Assembly: GCA_022561975.1 (NCBI GenBank)
Contig: JADFQD010000001.1
Coordinates: 2,915 to 66,914 of the forward strand
Source: Acidobacteriota bacterium
Lineage (GTDB): Bacteria > Acidobacteriota > Thermoanaerobaculia > Multivoradales > JAHEKO01
Direction: 5' to 3'
DNA length: 64,000 nucleotides
A program made the translations under genes and the position numbers. The notes below the pieces were generated by a model. That model saw only the letters and a program-made list of their open reading frames with translations, was not told the origin of the DNA and did no database searches. This document shows positions 17,719 through 30,175 of this stretch, in pieces. Each line of letters begins with the position of its first letter. Position 1 is the first letter of the stretch.

Positions 17719-18711
17719 GTCCCAGGTGAGGGCGCCGCCCGTTTGATACTCGGTGACTCTCGTCTCGAAGAAGTTCTTCTCCTTCGACAGATCCGTCGCC
17801 TGCGACATCCACGGGAACGGGTTGTCGCGGTGGTAGCGCTTGGCGAGATCGATCCGCTCGAGGCGGCGGTCGGCGATGTGCTCGACGTAGACGGCGAACT
17901 GCGCGGGGTTGATGCCCAGGAGACCTTCGGGACAGGCGTCGAAAGCGTAGGTTTTCTCGAGTTCGACCGAGTGCTCGACCAGGCCAACGATCTCGTCCTG
18001 GAACGAACTCGTCCAGATCTCGGGGTTTTCCCGCTTGATGGTGTTGATGAGATCGCAGCCGAAGGCGAGATGGAGGCTCTCGTCGCGCATGATGTATTCG
18101 AACTGCTCGCCGATGCCGATCATCTTGTTCTGGCGCTTCAGTGCCAGCATCATAGCGAAGCCGGCGTAGAAGAAAATGCCCTCCATGAGCACGTAGAAAC
18201 CGACCAGATCGAGCACGAACCTCTGGATGTTCTCGGTGCCCTCGGTGCTGAAAGTCGGGTCGAAGACACTCTTGGTGAGGTCGACGACGAAGGCGTCCTT
18301 GTCGTCGATCGACGGGATCGTCTTGTACATGTTGAAAATCTCGTCGGGGTCGAGACTCAGGCTGTCGCAGCAGTAGATGAAGGTGTCGGTATGAACCGCC
18401 TCCTCGTAGGCCTGGCGCAGCAGATACTGGCGCGACTCGGGATTGGTGATGTGGTTGTACACCGCCAGCACGATGTTGTTCGCGGTGAGTGATTCGGCGG
18501 TCGAGAAAAAACCCAGGTTCCAGAGAATCATCCGGCGCTCGGCCTCCGAGAGCACGTGCCGGCTCTTCCACTGCTCGATGTCTTTCTGCATCGAGACCTC
18601 TTCCGGCGTCCAGTTATTGGCGACCCCCGCCTGGTAGTACTCCCGAGCCCACTTGTAGGTGATCGGAAGAATCTTGTTGGGGTCGGTCTTCGAGTTGTTG
18701 ATGATTCCCAT
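17716..18711 (-). CDS. nrdB: Ribonucleoside-diphosphate reductase class Ia beta subunit
   Basis: Ferritin-like di-iron/tyrosyl radical protein. Conserved blocks WNLGFFSTAESLTANN, EEAVHTDTFIYCCDSL and FYAGFAMMLALKRQNKMIGIGEQFEYIMRDESLH. Confidence 0.95.
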   Translation of the reverse strand: MGIINNSKTDPNKILPITYKWAREYYQAGVANNWTPEEVSMQKDIEQWKSRHVLSEAERRMILWNLGFFSTAESLTANNIVLAVYNHITNPESRQYLLRQAYEEAVHTDTFIYCCDSLSLDPDEIFNMYKTIPSIDDKDAFVVDLTKSVFDPTFSTEGTENIQRFVLDLVGFYVLMEGIFFYAGFAMMLALKRQNKMIGIGEQFEYIMRDESLHLAFGCDLINTIKRENPEIWTSSFQDEIVGLVEHSVELEKTYAFDACPEGLLGINPAQFAVYVEHIADRRLERIDLAKRYHRDNPFPWMSQATDLSKEKNFFETRVTEYQTGGALTWD

Positions 18712-18726
18712 TTAGCTGATTTCCAT

Positions 18727-21540
<2,814 letters not shown>

Positions 21541-21743
21541 TCTCGTCTCCACTGGAACCCAAAACCCAAGAAACCTTCCATGCCGCCTGCAACGGACCAG
21601 CACCACGCCCTCCGCTCCCGTCGAGCCCTGAGCGACCGATCAGGAGGGCCTCCGGGGCTCTAAAACACCGTCCTTTTGGCCCTCCCAGTCCTGTCGTGAG
21701 GCGCCGGCGAAAGTACAAGATGTAGTCTCTCCTGTCAAGGAGA

Positions 21744-21759
21744 CCACAAGATACTGTGG
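21744..21759. promoter_or_regulatory. NrdR-box-like 16-bp palindrome CCACAAGATACTGTGG upstream of nrdAB
   Basis: It matches the general NrdR operator consensus acaCwAtATaTwGtgt in its core. It lies about 200 nt upstream of the nrdA start in a ~330-nt AT-richer leader. Confidence 0.4.
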
Positions 21760-21801
21760 TTTCATGGAGTTACGAATTGCCCCGAATCGACCGGCAGAGA
21801 A

Positions 21802-21823
21802 AACTCTGCGTTGATGCAGAGTT
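21802..21823. promoter_or_regulatory. Perfect 8-bp-arm palindrome AACTCTGC-gttgat-GCAGAGTT in nrdA upstream region
   Basis: Seen directly. It is about 61 bp from the NrdR-like box, and its function is unknown. Confidence 0.3.
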
Positions 21824-21939
21824 AGCCATCAAGAGTTAAAGATCTTTGGAGTTCTTGATTATTACGATTCGCCCGCGCCGCCGATGCTCGGGCGGTGCCG
21901 ATTCAACAACGGCCGTAAGGAGTGTGCCGCTCCTCTTTT

Positions 21940-23013
21940 TCAGATTTGGGGGTCGACGGGAAAAACCCGGTATGTGCGCTCCCGAAGTGCCAAGCGAACC
22001 GGGCTCCCGACCGGCACCGTGGTCGATGAGAGAGAGCGTACTTCGATGGTCTCTCCGCTCGCCAACCGGACGGTGTCGAGCACGTCGTGCCCAAAGAAGC
22101 GGCGTTCGGAGACGGTGCCCGCGGCGCCCTCTCCCTGCAGCCAGCGAACCAAAGTCAGATCCTCGGGGCGGAGAAAGACCAGTCCCGGGCCGTCCGGCGC
22201 GGTACAGGTCGCCGTACCCAGGCTCGAACGAAAGCGGCCGGCCGACACCCGGCAGGCAAGCAACTGTCCGGAGCCCACGAAGTTTGCGACCTCGAGCGAG
22301 ACCGGTCGATGGTAGATATCCGCAGGACGGCCGACCTGAAGAATTTTCCCCTCGACCATGATCGCGACTTCGTCCGCAAAGCTGAGTGCCTCTTCTTGAT
22401 CGTGAGTCACGAGGATCGCCGTAATCCCGGACGCTTTGAGCACCGACCGAACCTCGTGCCTCACCCTTTCACGCAGCGACGCATCCAAGCTCGCGAACGG
22501 CTCGTCCAGCAGGATGATCTGAGGCCGAGGCGCCAAGGCGCGAGCCAGCGCAACCCGCTGCTGCTGGCCGCCGGAGAGCTGATCCGGGAGGCGCTCACCC
22601 AGACCCTCGAGCCCGACCTGCGCTAGTACCTCACGCACTCGACCGTGCGCGTCCGCGTGGCCGCGAACCCCGTAAAGAACATTGCCGACAACGGTCAGAT
22701 GCGGGAACAGGGCTCCATTCTGGAAGACCATGCCAACCTGGCGATCCTCCGGCTCCGTCCATGTCTCTCGACCACAAACCGTCCGTCCAGCCAGGCGAAT
22801 GGTCCCCGCGCTCGGCCTCTCGAAACCTGCGATCGCGCGCAGCAACGTCGTCTTGCCGCAACCGCTCGGCCCCAGAAGCGCTGCAATTCGACCGTCCCGC
22901 AGCGAGAAATCAACACCCCTCACCGCCGCCACGTCGCCATAGGCGACAACCAGATTGCTGATCTCCAGAACCGGAGTCGACTCGTTGGGTGCGCCGGTCG
23001 TCTGGCCGGTCAT
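21940..23013 (-). CDS. fbpC: Fe(3+)/polyamine-type ABC transporter ATP-binding protein (with C-terminal TOBE/MOP-like domain)
   Basis: Walker A GPSGCGKTT, signature LSGGQQQRVALARAL, Walker B ILLDEPFASLD. Confidence 0.85.
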   Translation of the reverse strand: MTGQTTGAPNESTPVLEISNLVVAYGDVAAVRGVDFSLRDGRIAALLGPSGCGKTTLLRAIAGFERPSAGTIRLAGRTVCGRETWTEPEDRQVGMVFQNGALFPHLTVVGNVLYGVRGHADAHGRVREVLAQVGLEGLGERLPDQLSGGQQQRVALARALAPRPQIILLDEPFASLDASLRERVRHEVRSVLKASGITAILVTHDQEEALSFADEVAIMVEGKILQVGRPADIYHRPVSLEVANFVGSGQLLACRVSAGRFRSSLGTATCTAPDGPGLVFLRPEDLTLVRWLQGEGAAGTVSERRFFGHDVLDTVRLASGETIEVRSLSSTTVPVGSPVRLALRERTYRVFPVDPQI

Positions 23014-24602
23014 CTAGAGTGCTCCGAAAGAACCGGGCGAACGATCAGAAAGTAGACGGGGATCGCGGAAGTCCCGACCAGAGCCAGAGCGGGAAGCGCC
23101 GCCTGCGAGTAAACACCTTCGGAGGTCGCGGTCCAGACCCGAGTCGCGAGGGTCTCGAATCCGGTCGGCCGCAGGATCAGAGTCGCCGGTAGTTCCTTCA
23201 TCGTAGTCAGGAAGACCAAGCCCGCGCCCGCCAGGAGGCCCGGTCGAATCAGCGGCAGCGTGATCGTGCGCAACACCGACCAGGATCCGCGGCCCAGAGA
23301 CTTCGCGGCTTCCTCGAAGATCGGCGCGAGCGCCCCCAGCGAAGCGCGAGTCGCAGAAACCGCCTCCGGAAGGAACCGGACCACGTAGGCGACAACCAGC
23401 AGCAGAACCGTCTGATAGAGAGGCGGCACCAGGCGGGTTGCAAAGAAAACCAGCGAGAGCGCGATCACCAAGCCCGGGAGAGCATAGCCGCTATAGGTCA
23501 TTCCGAGCGTGAGCCGCGCCAGCCACCCACCATGGCGCATCGCCCAGATCGAAACCGGAAGCGAGAGAGCCACCGCAGCCACTGCGGCAAGCACCGCGAC
23601 TCCCAGCGAATGAAGGGCCGCCTCACCGGCGACTCCGATCGGGTTTCCGAGGCGCCAAGCCTTGACCGCCCAATGCACCACGACCGCCAGGGGAGCCATC
23701 AGATTCACCATGGCCAGCAACACCACCGCGAGCGTGGCAGGCCAACGCCAACGTCCGAGAGCCAGGCGTTCGGGAGGTCGTGATGGCCTGACCTGCGAGG
23801 GGGGTAATCGCGACGAGAGCCAACTCTCCAGAACTATAAGGGCGACCGTGATCACAACCAGTACCGTGGCCAGCGATGCGGCGACACTGCGATCGAACAG
23901 ACCTCTGTAGGCGTTGTAGATCGACAGCGTAAAGGTCTTGTAGCGCACGATTGAGACCGCGCCAAAGTCGCTCAATGTGTACAGAGCCATCAGTAGAGAG
24001 CCGGCATAGAGTGGCCGCTTGAGCTGCGGAAGAACGGCGCTGAAGAACACGGCCCAGGGGCTTCTGCCGAGGCTGCGTGCCGCCTCTTCGGTGGACGGGT
24101 CCATCTTTCGCAGCCCAGCCACCACCAGCAGATAGACGTAGGGATAGGTGAACAGAGCAAGCACCAACCAGGCTCCCGAATAGCCATAGGCCCACGACGG
24201 CAGGATCTCGATGCCAAGCGGCGCCAGCGCCTTTTGAACGAACCCCTTCGGGCCCCAAATCGAAACCCACGCGAAGGCCGCTACATAGGATGGAAAGACC
24301 AGAGGCAACGAGGCGACGACGGCCCACACGCGGCGCCCGGGAAGGTCGGTTCGGGTCACGAGCCAGGCCAAGGTCACCGACAGCGGAACCGCCAGGCACA
24401 GAACCCCGCCCACGAGCAGCAGAGTACGAGCCAACAGAGCCAAGGTCTGCTGCGAGAAGACCACCTCGGCGTAACGAGGCCATCCGGCGCCGGCGGCACG
24501 CACGAAAATATAGGCCAGAGGAACGTTGACGGCGAGAGCCGTCGCGATCGCCCCAAGCACCGTCCAAAAAAGCGCCGGAGAGACTCTTCGCCGCCCGGTC
24601 AA
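23010..24602 (-). CDS. fbpB: Iron(III)-type ABC transporter permease (duplicated TMD, FbpB-like)
   Basis: 530 aa with two permease halves and two EAA-like loops. ATGA overlap with fbpC. Confidence 0.8.
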   Translation of the reverse strand: MTGRRRVSPALFWTVLGAIATALAVNVPLAYIFVRAAGAGWPRYAEVVFSQQTLALLARTLLLVGGVLCLAVPLSVTLAWLVTRTDLPGRRVWAVVASLPLVFPSYVAAFAWVSIWGPKGFVQKALAPLGIEILPSWAYGYSGAWLVLALFTYPYVYLLVVAGLRKMDPSTEEAARSLGRSPWAVFFSAVLPQLKRPLYAGSLLMALYTLSDFGAVSIVRYKTFTLSIYNAYRGLFDRSVAASLATVLVVITVALIVLESWLSSRLPPSQVRPSRPPERLALGRWRWPATLAVVLLAMVNLMAPLAVVVHWAVKAWRLGNPIGVAGEAALHSLGVAVLAAVAAVALSLPVSIWAMRHGGWLARLTLGMTYSGYALPGLVIALSLVFFATRLVPPLYQTVLLLVVAYVVRFLPEAVSATRASLGALAPIFEEAAKSLGRGSWSVLRTITLPLIRPGLLAGAGLVFLTTMKELPATLILRPTGFETLATRVWTATSEGVYSQAALPALALVGTSAIPVYFLIVRPVLSEHSR

Positions 24603-25708
24603 CGAATCAGGCCGCTTCTATCGATCGCCTCGAGCGTTTCCTCGAAGACCGCCGACACCTGTGCGAAATCGACGTCGGGTGAACGGATCTCGGAAAGCGG
24701 CGGCAGATCGACCGAGGGCGCCACCGACTCGACCAGAGGATACTCGTAGGTCTCGTGAGCAAAGTATCCCTGAGCCGCCTTCGAGAGCAGGTAGGCGACC
24801 ACCTCGAGCGCTTCAGGGGTCTCGGAAAGGACTCCAACGCCTGCCACGTTCACGAAGCCCGAGGCTTCCCCTTCGGGAATGAAGTAATTCAGAGCGGTTA
24901 CCGAAGGATCCTCTTGCAGTGCCCGCCAGAGATAGTAGTGATTGACCAGCCCGAAATCGATCTCTCCCGCGATCACACCTTCGACAATCGCACTGTTCTT
25001 GGGAAAGGCCTGCGGGTTGTTCATCGAAAAGGACTCGAGCAGTGTCTCGAGAGCTTCGGCGCCGTTCACCGCGCGGTAGACCGCCATGTGCGCCTGAAAC
25101 GAACCATTGGTCGGAGCAACGCCGAACCGCCCGCGGTACTTGTCTGAACCGATCGCTTCGAGCGACCGAGGCAGATCCCCCGCAGAGATCCGCGACGGCT
25201 CGTAGACCAAGGTACGAGCACGGCCTGAAAGACCCACCCAGTCGCCACGGTTCGATCGAAACCTCGAAGGAACAGCCTCGAGAAGCTCTTGCGGCAGGAC
25301 TCTCAACCGCCCCTCGCCGGAAAGCGCCCCAAGGGCCGCAGCATCCTGGGATAGAAACAGGTCCGCGGGGGAATTCTCGCCCTCCTCGAGGATGGTCGCG
25401 GCCAGTTCGGAGGTGCCGCCGTAGCGCACTTCGATCCGAATACCGGTTTCACGCTCGAGTGTCTCGAGCATCGGACCGACCAGCGACTCGCTCCGGCCCG
25501 AATAAACAACCAGGCTTCGCTCGCCGACGGCACGGATCGGGGTTTTGGCATTATTGGCCTCATGGGCTTCACGGGCTTCACGGGCCTCATCCGGCGCCGG
25601 CGCGCACCCGAACGAGGTCACGAACAGGTACCCAACCCCGACCATGAGACTGCGACTCCCGCGTAGCATCAACAACTCCTTGTGTTCTGGAGGCTTCATA
25701 GGATCCAA
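24599..25708 (-). CDS. fbpA: Iron(III)-type ABC transporter periplasmic substrate-binding lipoprotein
   Basis: Signal peptide plus lipobox (LFVTSFGC|A). SBP family-1-like sequence and operon context with the permease and ATPase. Confidence 0.75.
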   Translation of the reverse strand: MDPMKPPEHKELLMLRGSRSLMVGVGYLFVTSFGCAPAPDEAREAREAHEANNAKTPIRAVGERSLVVYSGRSESLVGPMLETLERETGIRIEVRYGGTSELAATILEEGENSPADLFLSQDAAALGALSGEGRLRVLPQELLEAVPSRFRSNRGDWVGLSGRARTLVYEPSRISAGDLPRSLEAIGSDKYRGRFGVAPTNGSFQAHMAVYRAVNGAEALETLLESFSMNNPQAFPKNSAIVEGVIAGEIDFGLVNHYYLWRALQEDPSVTALNYFIPEGEASGFVNVAGVGVLSETPEALEVVAYLLSKAAQGYFAHETYEYPLVESVAPSVDLPPLSEIRSPDVDFAQVSAVFEETLEAIDRSGLIR

Positions 25709-25796
25709 AAACCCCGAGCCGAACCCAGGACAACCCAGAAGAACGAATTTTGGGCCAGTTCCGCTCTATCTGTCCTTGACCTAGGTCAACCCGAGG

Positions 25797-26219
25797 TCAA
25801 GGGTCCGGCGGCGGATCTCCAGACGTAGATGCCGGGGAGTTCGGGGAGTCCGCCCTCTCTTGATACTCCTTGCGGTGCAACCAACCGTGGACGCGCCGGC
25901 GGAATCCTCTCACCCGCTTCCAACCGCCCGGCCAGCGCCTGAACACCCACCGCAGAAGCCGGTAGACCGTTTCGCTGACCACCGAAAGGACCGCCGTACC
26001 GGCGAGCAGAGTCAGAACTCCTTGAATACCGGGTAGTGCCAGTCCCGCGACTCCCACCAGCACCAATCCCCAGCCGAGGACGAAGGCAACCACTCGCATC
26101 CTCAGCGAGAGCTTCGGCAGCTTGCTCGACCTGATGCGCAAGGGTTCCTCCGATGATTCGCCTTCGGCTCCTCTGCGCGAGCCGATCTCTTCAGCGGACT
26201 CCTCTTCGCCGGTACTCAA
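25797..26219 (-). CDS. PGPGW-domain small membrane protein
   Basis: Two TM helices with LALPGIQGVLTLLAGTAVL (PGPGW-like). It is followed by a hairpin (ccttgacc...ggtcaagg) at ~25770-25800 downstream of its stop. Confidence 0.55.
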   Translation of the reverse strand: MSTGEEESAEEIGSRRGAEGESSEEPLRIRSSKLPKLSLRMRVVAFVLGWGLVLVGVAGLALPGIQGVLTLLAGTAVLSVVSETVYRLLRWVFRRWPGGWKRVRGFRRRVHGWLHRKEYQERADSPNSPASTSGDPPPDP

Positions 26220-27487
26220 CGCTCGCTTATAGGAACGAAGGCGCGTTCGGTCTCGCCGATGTAGATCTGACGCGGGCGATGGATGCGCCCGTTCGGATCC
26301 TCACGCATCTCCTTCCAGTGTGCTATCCACCCCGGCAGCCGGCCGAGCGAGAACATCACCGTGAACATGTTGGTCGGGATGCCCATCGCGCGGTAAAGAA
26401 AGCCGCTGTAGAAATCGACGTTGGGGTAGAGGTTGCGCTCGAGGAAATAGTCGTCTGCGAGAGCCACCTCCTCGAGAGCTCGGGCAATGTCGAGCAGCGA
26501 ATCGTCGAGTTTCAACTCGTCCAGAACCCGGTTGGCGGCGACTTTGAGAATTCTCGCCCGAGGATCGAAGTTCTTGTATACCCGGTGCCCGAATCCCATC
26601 AGACGAAAATCCGAGTCCTTGTCTTTGGCCATCTCGACGTATTTCTTGGTGTTGCTGCCGTCGGCGCGAATCCGCCGCAGCATCTCCATCACCTTCTGAT
26701 TGGCGCCGCCGTGGAGCGGCCCCGACAGGGCGTTGATGCCTGCCGCGATCGACGCAAAAAGATCAGCCCCGCTCGAGCCCACCATGCGCACCGTGGAGGT
26801 CGAGCAGTTCTGCTCGTGATCGGCATGCAGGATGAGCAGCAGACGCAGAGCGTGATCCAAGACCTCCGGCACCTCGTAGGGCTCGGCCGGGTTGGCGAAC
26901 ATCATGTGCAGGAAGTTCTTGGTGTAGGACAGATCGTTGCGCGGATAGATGAAAGGCTGCCCAATCGACTTCTTGTAGGAAAACGCGGCGATGGTCTTGG
27001 CCTTGGCGAGTAGCCGCAGGATGTTGAGATCCAACGTTTCGTCGGTGGTCGGCGGGTAGTAGGTCGACAGCGAAGCGACCATGGACGAGAGGATCACCAT
27101 TGGGTGCGCCGACGATGAATAGCCCTCGAAGAACTTCTTCATATCCTCGTGGAGTAGCGTGTGTCGGGTCAGGGCGTCGCTGAACTCCTCGAGTTGGCCC
27201 GAGGTCGGCAGCTCGCCGAAGACCAACAGGTAGCAAACCTCGACGAACGATGACTGTTCGGCGACCTGCTCGATCGGATACCCGCGATATCGCATGATTC
27301 CCCGCTCGCCATCGATAAAGGTGATCGCACTCTTGCACGAGCCGGTGTTTCCGTAGCCCTCATCCAGGGTCACTGCCTTGGACAGCTTGCGCAAAGATCG
27401 AATCTCGATTCCCACTTCGCCTTCCGTGCCGACCGTAATCGGCAGCTCGTACTCATTGCCCTCGAGAATGACCTTCGCGCTACTCAT
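26216..27487 (-). CDS. gltA: Citrate synthase
   Basis: GYGNTGSCKSAITFIDGERGIMRYRGYPIEQ and the catalytic His/Asp blocks (GPLHGGANQKV, MGFGHRVYKNFDPRA). Confidence 0.95.
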   Translation of the reverse strand: MSSAKVILEGNEYELPITVGTEGEVGIEIRSLRKLSKAVTLDEGYGNTGSCKSAITFIDGERGIMRYRGYPIEQVAEQSSFVEVCYLLVFGELPTSGQLEEFSDALTRHTLLHEDMKKFFEGYSSSAHPMVILSSMVASLSTYYPPTTDETLDLNILRLLAKAKTIAAFSYKKSIGQPFIYPRNDLSYTKNFLHMMFANPAEPYEVPEVLDHALRLLLILHADHEQNCSTSTVRMVGSSGADLFASIAAGINALSGPLHGGANQKVMEMLRRIRADGSNTKKYVEMAKDKDSDFRLMGFGHRVYKNFDPRARILKVAANRVLDELKLDDSLLDIARALEEVALADDYFLERNLYPNVDFYSGFLYRAMGIPTNMFTVMFSLGRLPGWIAHWKEMREDPNGRIHRPRQIYIGETERAFVPISER

Positions 27488-27649
27488 CTTGCCACCTTGC
27501 TTTGGAAGGCTCCTATCCGAAAAGCGGCGAGGAGCGGTAAAAAAATACTACCGCCCACGTCGGCTTTACGCAATGCGATCCGCCTGACCACTGGAGGTCT
27601 GGGCGAATTTTCTGGCTGGATGTCCTGGCCGGGTCGTCGCGCCGAGTCG

Positions 27650-28630
27650 TCACGCTAAATCGCCCAACAAGTATTCCACCGTCTCGGGCAGTCCCGACGC
27701 GAGCGGCCTCGAGCTCCAATCGAGCTCCGTCCGGGCCTTGGCGTCATCGAAGTTCCAGTGCCTGCGCAAGCTCTCGATCTGGGCCAAGTTGACCGGAGGC
27801 CGTTTACCCCGAAGGGTGAATAGAGGATTCAAGAGCCGGCCCAGAAGCTTGGCCCGGCCGACCGACATGCGCCGTCGCGGCGGATCGACTCCCGCCAACT
27901 CCGCGGCCCTCTCGATGACCTCCCCGAGCGCGGCGGCATCGCCGGTCATGAGGTAATTCCGCCCCGGCTGTGCGCGCTTCACCACCTCGAGCAAACCGGC
28001 GACGAGGTCCTCGAGAAAGACCCAGCGCGTGATCTGCCCGCCGCCGATGATCGCCGGCAACCGCCCCCGGACCACTGCACCGAGCATTGCGTTGAGGCCG
28101 CCTTTCCTCCCGGGAGGCCCGTATACAAGGCTCGGATAGACGACATTCAGCGCCAGGCCGCGTTCGGCCCAGGCGGCAAACGCCAGCTCGCCGGCCCGCT
28201 TGGTGGCACCGTAGGTGCTCGGAAAGGGTAGCTCGACTTGCGCATCTTCGCGTACCGCCGAGCCGTCGCCCGGGCTGCTGCCGAACGCCGCGATCGAGGA
28301 AACCAGCAGTGCCCTGCCGACGCCGAGCTTCGAGGCCAAAGACGCAACGTTTTCGCTGCCCGCTACGTTGGCGCCTTCGATTCGATCCGTCGGAGCGCCG
28401 AAATCCAACTCGGCTGCGGCATGAATCACCCAGTCGGCCCCCGACATAGCCTCGCGCATCGAATAGCGGTCCGTGATGTCCCCGACGAAGGTCTCGGCGC
28501 CGATTGCCTCCAGCGCCGCCGTGTTGCTGGTCGTACGCACCAGAGCGCGCACCTGATGCCCGTCCTCCTTCAAGCGTCGACACAAGAGAGACCCAATATA
28601 GCCGGTTCCACCGGTAACGAATACGCGCAT
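27650..28630 (-). CDS. NAD-dependent epimerase/dehydratase (SDR family)
   Basis: MRVFVTGGTGYIGSLLCRRL Rossmann motif and a YxxxK-like region (YGATKRAGE). Confidence 0.85.
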   Translation of the reverse strand: MRVFVTGGTGYIGSLLCRRLKEDGHQVRALVRTTSNTAALEAIGAETFVGDITDRYSMREAMSGADWVIHAAAELDFGAPTDRIEGANVAGSENVASLASKLGVGRALLVSSIAAFGSSPGDGSAVREDAQVELPFPSTYGATKRAGELAFAAWAERGLALNVVYPSLVYGPPGRKGGLNAMLGAVVRGRLPAIIGGGQITRWVFLEDLVAGLLEVVKRAQPGRNYLMTGDAAALGEVIERAAELAGVDPPRRRMSVGRAKLLGRLLNPLFTLRGKRPPVNLAQIESLRRHWNFDDAKARTELDWSSRPLASGLPETVEYLLGDLA

Positions 28631-28714
28631 GTCTTCGAGCCGAGGATACTCCTTGGAGCAGGTGACGAGGTGTTATCCTCACCTGTGAGTCCACCCTGCC
28701 GCGGGCAAGACCTG

Positions 28715-29249
28715 CTAGAGCATCGTCAGCCCTTTGCGATCGAGGCGGGCGATCGCGATCTGCCCCACACCGCGCCTGCGGGCGCGCCGTAACGCTCGCT
28801 TGAGCTTCGGGAGGTCCGGCTCCATCCAACGGCTGCGGTACACGTACGGCAGAATCTCCACGAAGCCAACATTGCGCAATACGCGGTCGGCGGCATCCTG
28901 TGCCCGCGCCGGGGCTTGGAACAATTCGCGATAGAGCTGCGGCTTAGGGAATGTTGAACAGGTCGAAGCAAGCCATCTGTTGCTCGTGATTGCAGGTGGC
29001 GCGCGCCCTGCCCGTCAATGAAGTGCAGTTGTCCGCGATCAGCGTGGACACGTATTCGCCAACGGTTGCGAAAACGGGAGCCGGATTGAAGTCATAAGAG
29101 GCGTCCGCCGATGTACCTGAGATCGTGACGTCATCGAAGTAACCGATCTGGCCCTGGTTGAAGGAACCGACGCCGACACTGACGATGATCAGGTCAGCGC
29201 CTAGGAAATCGTTCGATAGGCCGGAGAGATGGGACTCCCATTGGGCCAA
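28715..29249 (-). pseudogene. Gene remnants: two short minus-strand ORF fragments in different frames (28944-29249 and 28715-28924) abutting the truncated transposase
   Basis: Fragment 1 begins abruptly at the junction with the RayT-like gene and ends ...CFDLFNIP. Fragment 2 follows 20 nt later in another frame. Neither has a plausible start, RBS or family. Confidence 0.35.
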
Positions 29250-29988
29250 CCACTACCATCTGCTGCTCTGGGTCCGCGATGCTCAGCAGCTCGCTCGGTT
29301 CATGCAGTACCTCAACTCGAACATCGCGCGCGAAATCGGACGCCTCGTCAACTGGCGAGATTCGTTCTGGAGTAGACTCTATCAGGCGATTCTCGTGAGC
29401 GAAGAAGAAGCGGCCCAAATCGGCCGCATGCGTTACATCCTGGCCCAAGCGGCAAAGGAAGGTTTGGTTGAAGCGCCCGCCGATTGGCCAGGCGCTCACT
29501 GTGCAGGAGCTCTGCTCGAGGACGGGACCTTTCGTGGCTACTGGTTTGACCGGACTCGGGAATTTGCGGCTCGCCAGCGCGGCGAGATCTTCGAACGGCT
29601 GGACTTCGCCACTCTCCAAACCGCTAGCCTTGAGCCGCTGCCGTGCTGGCGAGATGTCGCACCCTCAGTGGCCAGGCAATACATCCGCGAGCTTGTCGCA
29701 GACATCGAGAAAGAGTGCAGCGGGGATAAGCGGGCCAAGCCCTGTGTAGAGGCGCGAGCGATAGATCCTCACCAGAAGCCTCGGCGTTTCAGTCCCAGCC
29801 CCGCTCCCTTTGCCCACTGTGCCTCGACGCGAGTCCGCCGAGAACTTTGGCAGGCGTACCACTGGTTCCTGTCCGCCTACCGCAGCGCCAGCGAGAAGTT
29901 TCGGGACGGTGACCTATCGGTTCCGTTTCCGGAAGGCTGTTTCCCGCCCTCGCCTTCGTTCCTAGCACCTCTTACCCTACCGGCCTGA
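29158..29988 (+). mobile_element. RayT/IS200-like HUH-Y1 transposase homolog (COG1943-type), apparently 5'-truncated
   Basis: WANHYHLLLW (HuH motif) ... FMQYLNSNIAREIGRLVNWRDSFWSRLYQAILV ... RMRYILAQAAKEGLVEAPADWPG fits the REP-associated tyrosine transposase pattern. The 30 aa before HuH lack the usual beta1/alpha1 region. Confidence 0.55.
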
Positions 29989-30175
29989 TTTCGGTCACGG
30001 GTGCATGGGCGCCGCGCGTCCATCGCCTCGGACAGGGGCTCGTCGGTCCCGGTTCAGACGTTCAGACAACCCTCGCCGAGCACCTGGATCGATTGGGCAC
30101 CGGGATGAGCTGGTGACTAGGGCCGGTTCTTGAAAAACAAGCCAGCCGGCCGGCCGACAAACCCGTCTCCTCTCA

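Noticed and set aside
17135-17746. 103-aa minus and 79-aa plus ORFs in the nrdB-proximal spacer
   Set aside because: They are Pro/Arg/Gly-rich with no RBS, and they overlap the REP-like hairpin and long inverted repeat. They are more likely non-coding.
17743-18492. 249-aa plus-strand ORF
   Set aside because: It is antisense to nrdB and has no recognisable features.
21607-21940. Cobalamin riboswitch upstream of nrdA
   Set aside because: No B12-box (GCCACTG-like) core or the conserved AGGGAA...GGTGAGAATCC elements are seen. Palindromes consistent with protein operators are present instead.
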